Program-made: the position numbers and the translations under genes | Source of the DNA: Solirubrobacterales bacterium | GTDB taxonomy: Bacteria; Actinomycetota; Thermoleophilia; Solirubrobacterales; Solirubrobacteraceae | DNA length: 64,000 nt | NCBI GenBank assembly: GCA_003133565.1 | Contig: PKYB01000076.1 | Coordinates: 10,093-74,092 of the forward strand | Direction of reading: 5' to 3' | Part shown: positions 45,417-56,996 of the stretch, piece after piece | Layout: each line of letters begins with the position of its first letter | Numbering within the stretch: the stretch's first letter is position 1 | The notes under the pieces: model-generated | What the model was told of the DNA's origin: nothing | Databases searched by the model: none | What the model saw: only the letters and a program-made list of their open reading frames with translations

Positions 45417-46219
45417 GCTGGCGCGAGCGACTGTCCGACGAGCGGGGCTACACGCTGATCGAGTTGGTGATGGCTACCGCGGCCGGGCTGGTCGTCTGCG
45501 CGGCGGCGCTTGCGATCGTCGTCTCCTCGCTCAGCTTCGCCAACGGCGACAGCGAGCGTATCGACTCGAACCAGCAGGGCAGCGTGGCGATGGAGAAGAT
45601 CGTCCAAGCGCTCAACTCGAGCTGCGTGGTGGGTTACGGCATTTCGCCGATCGTCGGCGCAACCGGGGCGTCCTCGGCGACGGGGAGCACCGCGGTAGCA
45701 CCCAGCTCGGGGGACACACTCACGTTCTTCAGTTCCCTCAGCGACTCGCCGAATATCAACCCGAGCGAGATCAGCGTCTACCTGAGCTCGCCCGGAGGAC
45801 CACTCGTCATGGCGACCTATCCCGCACAGGCTTCAACCGGCGCAAGTGGCGCCACCACCTACTCCTACGCCGCCACGCCGGCCACCTCCTTCACGCTGAT
45901 CGGGCACGCCGCTGCGCCGGGAACGACTCCGACGCAGGCCTCGACGACGCCGATCTTCACCTATTACGGCTACAACGTCGCCGCTGGCACGCTCACGCAG
46001 CAGATCTCGCCCAGCCCGTACTCGACGAGCCCGCTCGGTGCGAGTGGGGCGTCGGGCACGGTCGAGGTCGGCATCAATTTCCAGTCCCAGCCGGGCGACG
46101 GAAACAACCAGCTCGGAGGGTCCGCTGACCTGTCGGACAGCGTCGTACTGCGGCTCACGGCTGCCGCCAATGGGACCACCGGAACCACTGGAGCTACGAC
46201 CCCGAAACCATGTTCGTGA
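45413..46219 (+). CDS. Prepilin-type minor pilin P5, PilW/GspJ-like
   Basis: MSWRERLSDERG, then YTLIELVMATAAGLVVCAAALAIVV. The ATG overlaps the P4 stop (ATGA). Confidence 0.8.
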   Translation: MSWRERLSDERGYTLIELVMATAAGLVVCAAALAIVVSSLSFANGDSERIDSNQQGSVAMEKIVQALNSSCVVGYGISPIVGATGASSATGSTAVAPSSGDTLTFFSSLSDSPNINPSEISVYLSSPGGPLVMATYPAQASTGASGATTYSYAATPATSFTLIGHAAAPGTTPTQASTTPIFTYYGYNVAAGTLTQQISPSPYSTSPLGASGASGTVEVGINFQSQPGDGNNQLGGSADLSDSVVLRLTAAANGTTGTTGATTPKPCS

Positions 46220-47946
46220 ACACGCTCAAGCGAGGACTCTCGTCGCGCGACGAACGGGGCTTTTCCCTGATCGTTGCGATCGTCGTGCTGTCGGTCGCCA
46301 CGCTGCTGCTGTTCGGCGCGGTCGACGCCGTCTTCTACAACACCGGTCCGACCCGAGCCGACCTCGATCAGAAGCGCGCGCTGCTCGCTGCGGATGCGGG
46401 GCTGTCGGTCTACGACTCGGCGCTCAACAGCAACCCGAACTTCTGGGAGAGCTGTCCCGTGTCGGGCGCGGCGGGCGCGACCGGGACGACCGGGACCGCG
46501 GTGACCGTGCCGGGCTCGACGAACGACGGCTCGATCGAGACATACACCTACGAGAACCTCCCGGCGACCGGTCAAACCGGCTGCAGCGGGGCCAACCCGA
46601 TCAGCACGATGATCGAGAAGAGCAACACCCCCGCGAATGGCACCTTCCGTGTGAAGTTCACCGGAACCTCGCAGCCCACAACCGGAACGGCGCGGGCCCC
46701 GATCACGCGGACGCTTGTCGCGCAGTTCAATGCGGCGAACTTCCTGCAATACGTGTACTTCACCAACTTCGAGATCCTCGATCCGGCGGCCACGGGCGAC
46801 AGCGTGACGGGATGCTCCGTCTACTACTGGACCTCTCCGGCTCCAGCGACCGGCCAGAACCGCAACGGCAACTGCGGTGGCGCGATCAACTTCATCACCG
46901 GTGATGTGATCAACGGCCCCATGCACAGCAACGATGACGTCTCGATCAGCGGCTCACCGCAGTTCGGAAGCACCACCTCTGACGCTGTCGAGACACCCGG
47001 GTTCTATTCGAACAACGGTACGCCGACGACGACGTGCACGGGCTGCGACATCGCTGGGACGCTCAACACCGCCGCGCCGACACTCCAGCTACCGCCGAAC
47101 GACCTGCAGTTGCTCCAGGTCGCCGATGGCAACGTCGCCACACAGACCAATGGCTGTTACACAAAAGCCGGCTGCGTGTTCACCGGCCCGACGACGATCG
47201 TGCTCACCGGGAGCACGTTCACGGTCACGAACGCCAGCTACAACGGCGGCGCGGCGACGACAGGGCTCTCGCCATCAAACGGCGTCATCTACGTCACCAA
47301 CGCGAGTGGCGGTTGCACCCCCACCAACACGTACACGCCCTACATCGTGAACTCAAGCGCTTCCTATAGCAACGCAGATAACACCGGCTGCGGCAATGCG
47401 ACCGTCTCGGGGACGTACTCCAACTCGCTGACGATCGGCACCGACAACGACATCATCATCAACGGCAACATCACGCCAACCGGAGTTACCGTCAACAGCA
47501 GCAGCGGCGGCACGCCGCCGACCCCTAGCGGAACAGCGCTGCTCGGCTTGATCGCCAATGACTTTGTGCGGGTCTACCACCCACTGTCCGGGACGCGCCC
47601 GTCAGCCTCGTTCGCTTCATGCCCGAACCCCAACACCAACGCCACGGGCTCGCTCACCAACCTCTACGTCTACGCCGCGATCCTCGCGGTGAACCACTCG
47701 TTTATCGTCGACAACTTCGACTGCGGCACGACGCTCGGCGACCTCTACGTCTACGGCGTCATCGCGCAGAACTTCCGCGGCCCTGTGGGAACCGAGAGCG
47801 GGGGCACGGTGGTTTCGGGCTACACCAAGGGCTACTACTACGACACGCGCTTCCAAGCACTGTCGCCGCCCTACTTCCTCGACCCTGTGAGCGCGGGTTG
47901 GGAAGTGAACCGGGTGACCGAGTGCGACAGCAGTACGGGCTGTTGA
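46210..47946 (+). CDS. Prepilin-type protein P6, PilX/GspK-like (no Glu+5), 578 aa
   Basis: MFVNTLKRGLSSRDERG, then FSLIVAIVVLSVATLLLFGAV. It has a long Thr/Gly/Asn-rich body with NGPMHSNDDVSISG and C-terminal GVIAQNFRGPVGT...GYTKGYYYDTRF...PPYF. It overlaps P5 by 10 nt. Confidence 0.8.
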   Translation: MFVNTLKRGLSSRDERGFSLIVAIVVLSVATLLLFGAVDAVFYNTGPTRADLDQKRALLAADAGLSVYDSALNSNPNFWESCPVSGAAGATGTTGTAVTVPGSTNDGSIETYTYENLPATGQTGCSGANPISTMIEKSNTPANGTFRVKFTGTSQPTTGTARAPITRTLVAQFNAANFLQYVYFTNFEILDPAATGDSVTGCSVYYWTSPAPATGQNRNGNCGGAINFITGDVINGPMHSNDDVSISGSPQFGSTTSDAVETPGFYSNNGTPTTTCTGCDIAGTLNTAAPTLQLPPNDLQLLQVADGNVATQTNGCYTKAGCVFTGPTTIVLTGSTFTVTNASYNGGAATTGLSPSNGVIYVTNASGGCTPTNTYTPYIVNSSASYSNADNTGCGNATVSGTYSNSLTIGTDNDIIINGNITPTGVTVNSSSGGTPPTPSGTALLGLIANDFVRVYHPLSGTRPSASFASCPNPNTNATGSLTNLYVYAAILAVNHSFIVDNFDCGTTLGDLYVYGVIAQNFRGPVGTESGGTVVSGYTKGYYYDTRFQALSPPYFLDPVSAGWEVNRVTECDSSTGC

Positions 47947-47972
47947 CGGCCGCCCTCGGGGCGGCTGTCAAC
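47942..47972. terminator. Strong hairpin shared by convergent P6 and histidine-kinase genes
   Basis: GTTGACGGCCGCCC tcg GGGCGGCTGTCAAC: 14-bp stem with one mismatch. It spans both stop codons. Confidence 0.55.
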
Positions 47973-50889
47973 TAGCTGCTTCGAGGCGCTCGATCACGCC
48001 CTCGAACCCCGCGCGCACTCGTTCGCTGGCCTTTGTGAACCTCGCTGCGAGCTGATCGCAGGCCCCTGCGTCGGCGTCGCCAGCGGCGGCCTCGAGCTGG
48101 GCAAGCACGTCGGCGAGCGTCCCTGCGCCGAGCGTCGCGCAGCTTGACTTCATCCGGTGGGCGATTCTTGCGAGGGCTTGGTGATCGCGAGCCGCTGCAG
48201 CCTGCCTGACCTCCTCGACCTCCGGGTCGAGTTGCTCGAGGAACAGGCGGACGATGCGACCGAGCGCGGCCGCCCCGCCGACGTCCTCCTGCAGCGCCGC
48301 GAGGGCACCGCGATCGATACCCGAGTCGTCGAGCGCGGCGCCGAACGTCGGCGCCGTCGCCTGCTCGGAGCGCGTGCCGTCCGCCGGGCCTTGCGACGGC
48401 GCGCGGGTGGCGACGAGCGCACGCCGGATCGCGTTCGCGAGCGCCGCCAGCGTCACCGGTTTGGCGACAAACTCGTCCATACCGGATTCCTGGCAGCGTT
48501 CGTAGTCCTCACGCAGCGCGTTTGCGGTGACGGCGACGATCGGGATCCTCGAGCCGCCGCCTTGCTCCCGCTCGCGGATCGCGCGGGTTGCCTCAAAGCC
48601 GTCCATGACCGGCATCTGACAGTCCATCAGCACGGCGTCGTATTCGTCGTGCGCGAGCGCGTCGACCGCCTCCTCCCCGTTCTCGACGGCGGTGGCGCGA
48701 AGGCCGAGCCGCGACGCCTGGCGCATCAGCACCTGCTGATTGACGGGGTTGTCCTCGGCGATCAGCACCCGCAAGCCGCCGAGATCCCCGGGGGGGGCCT
48801 CGGACGCCTGCGCCGCGGGTAGCGGCCCAGCGGTGGGAGCGCCCACGCTAGCGAGCGCCTCATAGAGCGCCGCCTGCTTGACCGGCTTGGCGACGACAGC
48901 ATCGAAGACCTGCTCCGCCGCGTAGCTCGCCGCAGCGGCCACCTCGCCCGTCGCCTCGCCGGCGTCGATCAGCGCAATGACAAACAGGCCGTCCTCGCCG
49001 GCGAGCTCGCGGAGTTCGCCGGCCAACCCGGGAACGCTCGCCTCGCCGGCGTCGATCGCGATGATCGCGACATCGAAGCGCTCGTCCTCGGGCGCGGCGG
49101 CGAGGGATTCGATCGCTGCAGCGGCTGTCGTGGCCCGTGTGCTCACCATCCCCCACGCGCGGACGTAGCGCTCGATCGTTTCAGCGGCGCTCGCCGAGCT
49201 CTCCGCCACCAGCACGCGCAAAGTCCGGCCTTCGACGTTGGGCACGCGTGCCGCCTCAGCCGGTTGATCCCCGAGTGCGAACGGCAGGCTGAAGGAGAAA
49301 GTCGAGCCGCGGCCTACGCCCGAATCGACCACCAGTTCGCCACCCATCAGTTGCACGAGTCGAAAGGAGATGGCGAGTCCGAGTCCGGTCCCACCGTGCA
49401 CTCGCGAGAAGGTGCCGTCGAGCTGGGTGAACGGCTCGAACAGCTTCTCGACCGACTCGGCCGGAATTCCGACGCCGGTGTCGCTGACGGCGAACTGCAC
49501 GGCGAGATGATCCTCGCCCGTCGTCGGCTGCAGCTCGGCGCGAATCGCCACCTCGCCTGAGTTGGTGAATTTGACCGCGTTGCCAACGAGGTTGACGAGC
49601 ACCTGGCGCAGCAGCCGCGCATCGCCGACGACAGACTCCGGCACGCGAGGATCAACAAAGCACGACAGCGAAAGGCCCTTCTGTTGCGCCGGCAGCGCAA
49701 CGAGGTCGGTTATCCCCTCGACGATCGCGGCCAGATTGAACTCGCTGGCCTGGCTCTGGACCTTGTTGGCCTCGAGTTTCGAGAGGTCGAGGATATCGTC
49801 GATGATTCCCAGCAGCTGGCCTGCAGAAGTGCGCGCGATTGTTGCCAATTCGCGTGACCCGTCCGACAGATCCGAATCAAGGATGAGATCCAGACTGCCG
49901 ATGACTCCATTCATAGGAGTACGTATCTCGTGGCTCATCGTGGCAAGAAACTCGGACTTGACAACCGACGCTCGCAGTGCCGCATCTCGCGCGTCAGCGA
50001 GCCGGTGCTCGGCCGCTCGGCGCTCGGTGACGTCGCGCACGAACGTGACGAACAGCTGATGCCCGCTGGCGTCGAGCGAGTCGATCGTCGCCTCGAGCGG
50101 GAACTCGCTGCCGTCGCTCCGCTGACCGACGCCTGCCAGACGACGTCCACGGAAACGCTTCGGATTGGCCTGCAGCCGTTCGAGAATCTGCGCCCAGACC
50201 TCACGATCGCGCCAGGGGACGAAGGTCTCGAGCTTCTCGCCGATCGCGGCCCGGGTAGTCCGGTAAAGGCGCTCGGCCGAGCGGTTAAGATCGACGATCG
50301 TACCGTCGGCGTCGACAGTCAGGATGGCGTCCACACTCGCCGCCATCACGGCGCTCTTCATCTCTTCACTCGCCTTGAGCGCACCCTCTGCGGCCTTGCG
50401 CCTGGTTGCGTCGCGCATCACGACACAGCAGCCGAACAGCTCATCGGCACCGGCGCTGAAAATCGGCTCGGCATTGACATCGAGCCAGCCCACCGTGCCA
50501 TCCGCGAAAACCCTGCCGCAAGTCATCGCGTGCCCCTTGCCTGTGCGCAAAACGACGCGCGAGGGCAGTCCGGCGACGTCCTGGGGCGAGCCGTCCTCAG
50601 CGATCAGGCTGTTGACGATCTCCTCGAACGGCATCGAGGTGTGCTGCTCCAAGGTGAAGCCCGTAATCTCGACCGCCTGCTGATTGCAGTAGACGGGATG
50701 ACCATCCTTGTCGTAGACGAGCACGCCCTCGTGCATGGCCCCGAGCAGCATTTCGGCAAACTCGGCCGAGAGGACCGCCGGGGAGCTAGCTGCAGGCGCC
50801 TTCGCGGCCGGCTTCTTGCTGGCAGGGGAGCTGGAGTCAGGCCTTGCGCGAGGCATCACAACCAGGATAGAACGGGCGGCGGGCGTCAC
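47968..50889 (-). CDS. Cytoplasmic hybrid sensor histidine kinase (2 PAS, HisKA, HATPase, pseudo-receiver, receiver, HPt)
   Basis: FLATMSHEIRTPMNGVIG (H box); GGTGLGLAISFRLVQLMGG; receiver AVLMDCQMPVMDGFEATRAIR; HPt IAHRMKSSCATLGAG. There is no N-terminal TM segment. Confidence 0.9.
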   Translation of the reverse strand: MTPAARSILVVMPRARPDSSSPASKKPAAKAPAASSPAVLSAEFAEMLLGAMHEGVLVYDKDGHPVYCNQQAVEITGFTLEQHTSMPFEEIVNSLIAEDGSPQDVAGLPSRVVLRTGKGHAMTCGRVFADGTVGWLDVNAEPIFSAGADELFGCCVVMRDATRRKAAEGALKASEEMKSAVMAASVDAILTVDADGTIVDLNRSAERLYRTTRAAIGEKLETFVPWRDREVWAQILERLQANPKRFRGRRLAGVGQRSDGSEFPLEATIDSLDASGHQLFVTFVRDVTERRAAEHRLADARDAALRASVVKSEFLATMSHEIRTPMNGVIGSLDLILDSDLSDGSRELATIARTSAGQLLGIIDDILDLSKLEANKVQSQASEFNLAAIVEGITDLVALPAQQKGLSLSCFVDPRVPESVVGDARLLRQVLVNLVGNAVKFTNSGEVAIRAELQPTTGEDHLAVQFAVSDTGVGIPAESVEKLFEPFTQLDGTFSRVHGGTGLGLAISFRLVQLMGGELVVDSGVGRGSTFSFSLPFALGDQPAEAARVPNVEGRTLRVLVAESSASAAETIERYVRAWGMVSTRATTAAAAIESLAAAPEDERFDVAIIAIDAGEASVPGLAGELRELAGEDGLFVIALIDAGEATGEVAAAASYAAEQVFDAVVAKPVKQAALYEALASVGAPTAGPLPAAQASEAPPGDLGGLRVLIAEDNPVNQQVLMRQASRLGLRATAVENGEEAVDALAHDEYDAVLMDCQMPVMDGFEATRAIREREQGGGSRIPIVAVTANALREDYERCQESGMDEFVAKPVTLAALANAIRRALVATRAPSQGPADGTRSEQATAPTFGAALDDSGIDRGALAALQEDVGGAAALGRIVRLFLEQLDPEVEEVRQAAAARDHQALARIAHRMKSSCATLGAGTLADVLAQLEAAAGDADAGACDQLAARFTKASERVRAGFEGVIERLEAAS

Positions 50890-50930
50890 CGAAAGGCCTG
50901 GCCGGAAATTCGCCGGGGCGGGGCAGGCAC

Positions 50931-52007
50931 GTGACCACGCCTCAACGTCTACGCATCCTGCTCGTCGAGGACGACGCCATCTTTGCCGCGGTGACGGCCG
51001 AGGTCATGCGTGAGCGCGCCCTCGTACGCTGGACGCCGACAGCAGAGTCGGCGCTTGCGGCAGCCGGCGAGAAGGACTGGGACCTGATCATCACCGACAT
51101 CGAGCTGCCGGGGATGAGCGGACTCGAGCTGGTGATGAAGATCAAGGCCGCGCAGCCGCACGTGGCGACGCTGATCCTCACCGGTCACCGCAGCTTCGAC
51201 AACGCGGTCGAGGCGATCCGTGTCGGCGCCGACGATTTCCTCACCAAACCGGTCGATCGAGCGACGCTGATTGCCAAGATCGACGAGCTCGCCGCGCTGA
51301 GCGCGCGCCGCAAGGCGTCGAGCAGCGCCTCGGTGCTGGCGATTGGTGCGCACCCCGACGACATCGAAGTGGGCTGCGGCGGCATCCTGCTAAATCACGT
51401 GGCACAAGGCCACGAGGTCGCGGTGCTCGTGCTCACCGGCGGCGATGTCAGTGGCATGCCCGCCGAGCGCGCCCGCGAGGCGAGCCGCGCCGCCGAGCTG
51501 ATGTCGGTGCGCCTGTTCCACGCCAATGTCGCCGAAGCCAGCGTGGCCATGGGCAGCGCGACGATCAACGAGATCACACGCGTGATCGACGAGGTCAACC
51601 CCGACACCGTCTACACCCACAGCGAGCACGACTTCAACCAGGACCACCGCAACACCCACCAGGCGACACTGGCGGCTGCGCGCAGCGTTCCCCGGCTCTT
51701 CTGCTACCAGAGCTCCTCGAGCACCGTCGACTTCCACCCCAACCGTTTCGTACCGGTCGACGAGTTCATGGACCGCAAGCTCGCAGTCCTTCGTTCCTAC
51801 ACCTCGCAGGTCCGCCAGCGCCGCTATCTCGACGCCGAGCTGCTACTCGCCACGAGCCGCTACTGGAGCCGCTACGGCCAATCCCGCTTCGTCGAACCGC
51901 TCGAGGTGGTGCGCGAGGCCGTGTCCGAGGGTGCCGAGGACCGCACCGACGAAGCCCGCGTCAATTTCGAGGCGGCGCTCGACATCGAAGCGCTCGACGC
52001 CGTCTAG
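50931..52007 (+). CDS. Response-regulator receiver domain fused to a PIG-L/LmbE-family deacetylase
   Basis: REC: LRILLVEDDA...DLIITDIELPGMSG...LILTGH...DFLTKP. PIG-L: VLAIGAHPDDIEVGCGG...HSEHDFNQDHRNTH. GTG start, 41 nt from the divergent kinase start. Confidence 0.85.
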   Translation: MTTPQRLRILLVEDDAIFAAVTAEVMRERALVRWTPTAESALAAAGEKDWDLIITDIELPGMSGLELVMKIKAAQPHVATLILTGHRSFDNAVEAIRVGADDFLTKPVDRATLIAKIDELAALSARRKASSSASVLAIGAHPDDIEVGCGGILLNHVAQGHEVAVLVLTGGDVSGMPAERAREASRAAELMSVRLFHANVAEASVAMGSATINEITRVIDEVNPDTVYTHSEHDFNQDHRNTHQATLAAARSVPRLFCYQSSSSTVDFHPNRFVPVDEFMDRKLAVLRSYTSQVRQRRYLDAELLLATSRYWSRYGQSRFVEPLEVVREAVSEGAEDRTDEARVNFEAALDIEALDAV

Positions 52008-52022
52008 CCTCGCCTCAGGCCG

Positions 52023-54707
<2,685 letters not shown>

Positions 54708-54837
54708 GGAGGCCTCCTGCGGCGGGGCGATCAAACGGTTTGCCCTTCGATTATCGCGAACTTGAAGGCCCACCCCCCTCGCCTGCCGCGCCAATAGGCT
54801 GCCGAGGGGTGCAACGACGTCGCGAAGATCGGCGCGC

Positions 54838-55602
54838 GTGAGCGTCTTCGAGGTTCTAGCGATCATCGTCGCCGGATTGGCCGCGGGCACGGTCAACACC
54901 GTCGTCGGGTCGGGAACGCTGATCACCTTCCCGGTGCTGCTGTCGTTCGGCTTCGCCCCGGTGACCGCGAACGTCTCGAACACGCTGGGGCTCGCGCCGG
55001 GTTCGTTCACCGGCGCGTACGGCTATCGCCACGAGCTCGAAGGCCAGGGCCGGCGCGTCGCCGGCCTCGCCTGCGCGTCGCTGATCGGTGCCGTGATCGG
55101 CGCGGTGGCGCTGCTGGAGCTGCCGGCCTCCGCCTTCAGGACGATCGTTCCCGGCTTCATCGTGCTCGCGCTGATCCTGATCCTCGCGCAGCCACGCCTC
55201 GGGCGGATCCTCGCGGCACGCGCCGCGCTGGCCGATAACGCGCGTAGCGAAGGCGGCCCGCTGCTTGTTGTGGCCACCTTCCTCACCGGTGTTTACGGGG
55301 GGTACTTCGGCGCCGCCCAGGGCATCATGCTGCTGGCGATTCTCGGCCTCGGCCTCGACGAACCGCTGCAGCGGATCAACGCCGCGAAGAACGTCCTTGC
55401 CGGCGTCGCGAACCTCACCGCCGGCGTCGTCTTCGCCTTCGCCGCCCCCCACGTCTCGTGGACCGCGGCGGCACTGCTCGCGAGCGGATCGATCACCGGA
55501 GGCGTACTGGGCGCGCGCTACGGGCGGCGACTGCCGGCTCCCGCCTTGCGTGCCCTGATCGTCGTCGTCGGGATCGTCGCGATCGTGCGACTGGTGGGCT
55601 GA
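54838..55602 (+). CDS. TauE/SafE-family (DUF81) anion exporter membrane protein
   Basis: [35 protein letters not shown]...; eight hydrophobic spans. Confidence 0.85.
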   Translation: MSVFEVLAIIVAGLAAGTVNTVVGSGTLITFPVLLSFGFAPVTANVSNTLGLAPGSFTGAYGYRHELEGQGRRVAGLACASLIGAVIGAVALLELPASAFRTIVPGFIVLALILILAQPRLGRILAARAALADNARSEGGPLLVVATFLTGVYGGYFGAAQGIMLLAILGLGLDEPLQRINAAKNVLAGVANLTAGVVFAFAAPHVSWTAAALLASGSITGGVLGARYGRRLPAPALRALIVVVGIVAIVRLVG

Positions 55603-55622
55603 GCGAGGCGCGACAGCGCTCT

Positions 55623-55671
55623 GGCGGTCGGCGTTCGGCGTTCGGCGTTCGGCGTTCGGCGTTCGGCGTTC
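55623..55671. repeat. Heptanucleotide microsatellite (GGCGTTC)6 preceded by one degenerate unit
   Basis: ggcggtc followed by ggcgttc six times (55630-55671), in the spacer between TauE and the VOC gene. Confidence 0.95.
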
Positions 55672-55733
55672 GGGGTGTGATCGGCGATCGCCGCCGCATC
55701 GGGACTCCGGGCAGGAGACGCTATGTTTCCCTG

Positions 55734-56510
55734 ATGGGAGAGCGCAGCGAGTACACGCCCGGAACGTTTTCCTGGGCTGACCTGGCAACCACCGACCAGC
55801 CGGCCGCGAAGGCGTTCTATGGCGCCCTGTTCGGCTGGCAGGCAGACGATATGCCGATCGGCCACGGCCTCGTGTATTCGATGATGAAGGTCGGCTCCAA
55901 GCAGGTCGCCGGGATCGGCCCTCAGCCAGAGGCTCAGCGTGACGCCGGTGCGCCGCCGGCCTGGAACTCATACGTTTCGGTCGTTGATGCGGACGCCACG
56001 GTCGAGCGCGTCAAGGAGCTCGGCGGGAGCGCGCATGCGCCGGCGTTCGACGTCTTTGAGGCGGGGCGCATGGCGGTGCTGCAGGACCCCCAGGGCGCCT
56101 TCTTCGAGATCTGGCAGCCGCGCGAGCATAACGGGGCGCAGCTGGTAAACGCCCCCGGCGCGCTGGCCTGGAACGACCTCAACACGTCCGATGTTGACGG
56201 CGCGGCCGCGTTCTACGGCGAGCTCTTCGGCTGGACCTTCACCCCCTACGAAAACAGCCCGGAGCCCTACCTGGTGATCATGAACGGCGGGCGCGGCAAC
56301 GGCGGGATCAGTGCGCTGCAGTCTCCCGCGCCCCCGCACTGGCTGCCCTATTTCGCGGTCGAGGATATCGACGCCGCGCTGGCGTCGGTGGTCGAGCTGG
56401 GCGGCAGGACGCTCGCCGGGCCGATCGAGATCGCAATCGCGAAGATCGGGATTGTCAGTGACCCGCAGGGTGCCGTATTCGCGCTCTACGCGGGTGAGCT
56501 GGAGGAGTAG
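55734..56510 (+). CDS. Two-domain VOC (glyoxalase/bleomycin-resistance fold) protein
   Basis: MGERSEYTPGTFSWADLATTD...AFYGALFGWQ... and a second repeat AFYGELFGWTF...IVSDPQGAVFALY. Start at ATG 55734. Confidence 0.8.
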   Translation: MGERSEYTPGTFSWADLATTDQPAAKAFYGALFGWQADDMPIGHGLVYSMMKVGSKQVAGIGPQPEAQRDAGAPPAWNSYVSVVDADATVERVKELGGSAHAPAFDVFEAGRMAVLQDPQGAFFEIWQPREHNGAQLVNAPGALAWNDLNTSDVDGAAAFYGELFGWTFTPYENSPEPYLVIMNGGRGNGGISALQSPAPPHWLPYFAVEDIDAALASVVELGGRTLAGPIEIAIAKIGIVSDPQGAVFALYAGELEE

Positions 56511-56546
56511 CGGCGCTCGCGGCGCCGCGCGAGACTCCGCGCAGGC

Positions 56547-56969
56547 ATGGAACAGCGGGTGAGCCTGATCACGCTCGGCGTCGGCGATCTCGGTCGCGCG
56601 CGGGCCTTCTATGAGCAGCTCGGCTGGAGCGCGTCGGCCGAGCCTGACGGCGACATCGTCTTCTTCCAAGCCGGGGGTCTCGTCTTCGCGCTCTGGGATC
56701 GCGGCAAGCTCGCAGAGGACAGTGGCGTCGCCGACAACGGCGGTTGGGGCGGCGTCGCGCTGGGCTACTGCGCGGACTCGCCAGCCACAGTGGACACGCT
56801 GCTGGCGCAAGCGCAAGCCGCTGGAGCGGTCATCACGCGCCCGGCTGCGCAGGCCTTCTGGGGCGGCTATTCGGGAATGTTCGTCGACCCCGACGGCCAC
56901 CCCTGGGAGGTGGCCCACAACCCGTTCTGGACCCTCCATGCGGACGGGTCGGTGACGCTCGCTTCCTGA
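56547..56969 (+). CDS. VOC-family (glyoxalase-like) protein
   Basis: MEQRVSLITLGVGDLGRARAFYEQLGW...FVDPDGHPWEVAHNP. Confidence 0.8.
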   Translation: MEQRVSLITLGVGDLGRARAFYEQLGWSASAEPDGDIVFFQAGGLVFALWDRGKLAEDSGVADNGGWGGVALGYCADSPATVDTLLAQAQAAGAVITRPAAQAFWGGYSGMFVDPDGHPWEVAHNPFWTLHADGSVTLAS

Positions 56970-56996
56970 CCGCGATGGCGGTTGGCGAGCCGGTGG

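Noticed and set aside
55623-55671. Whether the tandem repeat could be a CRISPR array or a coding repeat. Track ORFs on both strands translate it as RRSAFGV / PNAERRT repeats.
   Set aside because: The unit is only 7 nt with no spacers. The ORFs through it are frame artefacts in an intergenic spacer.
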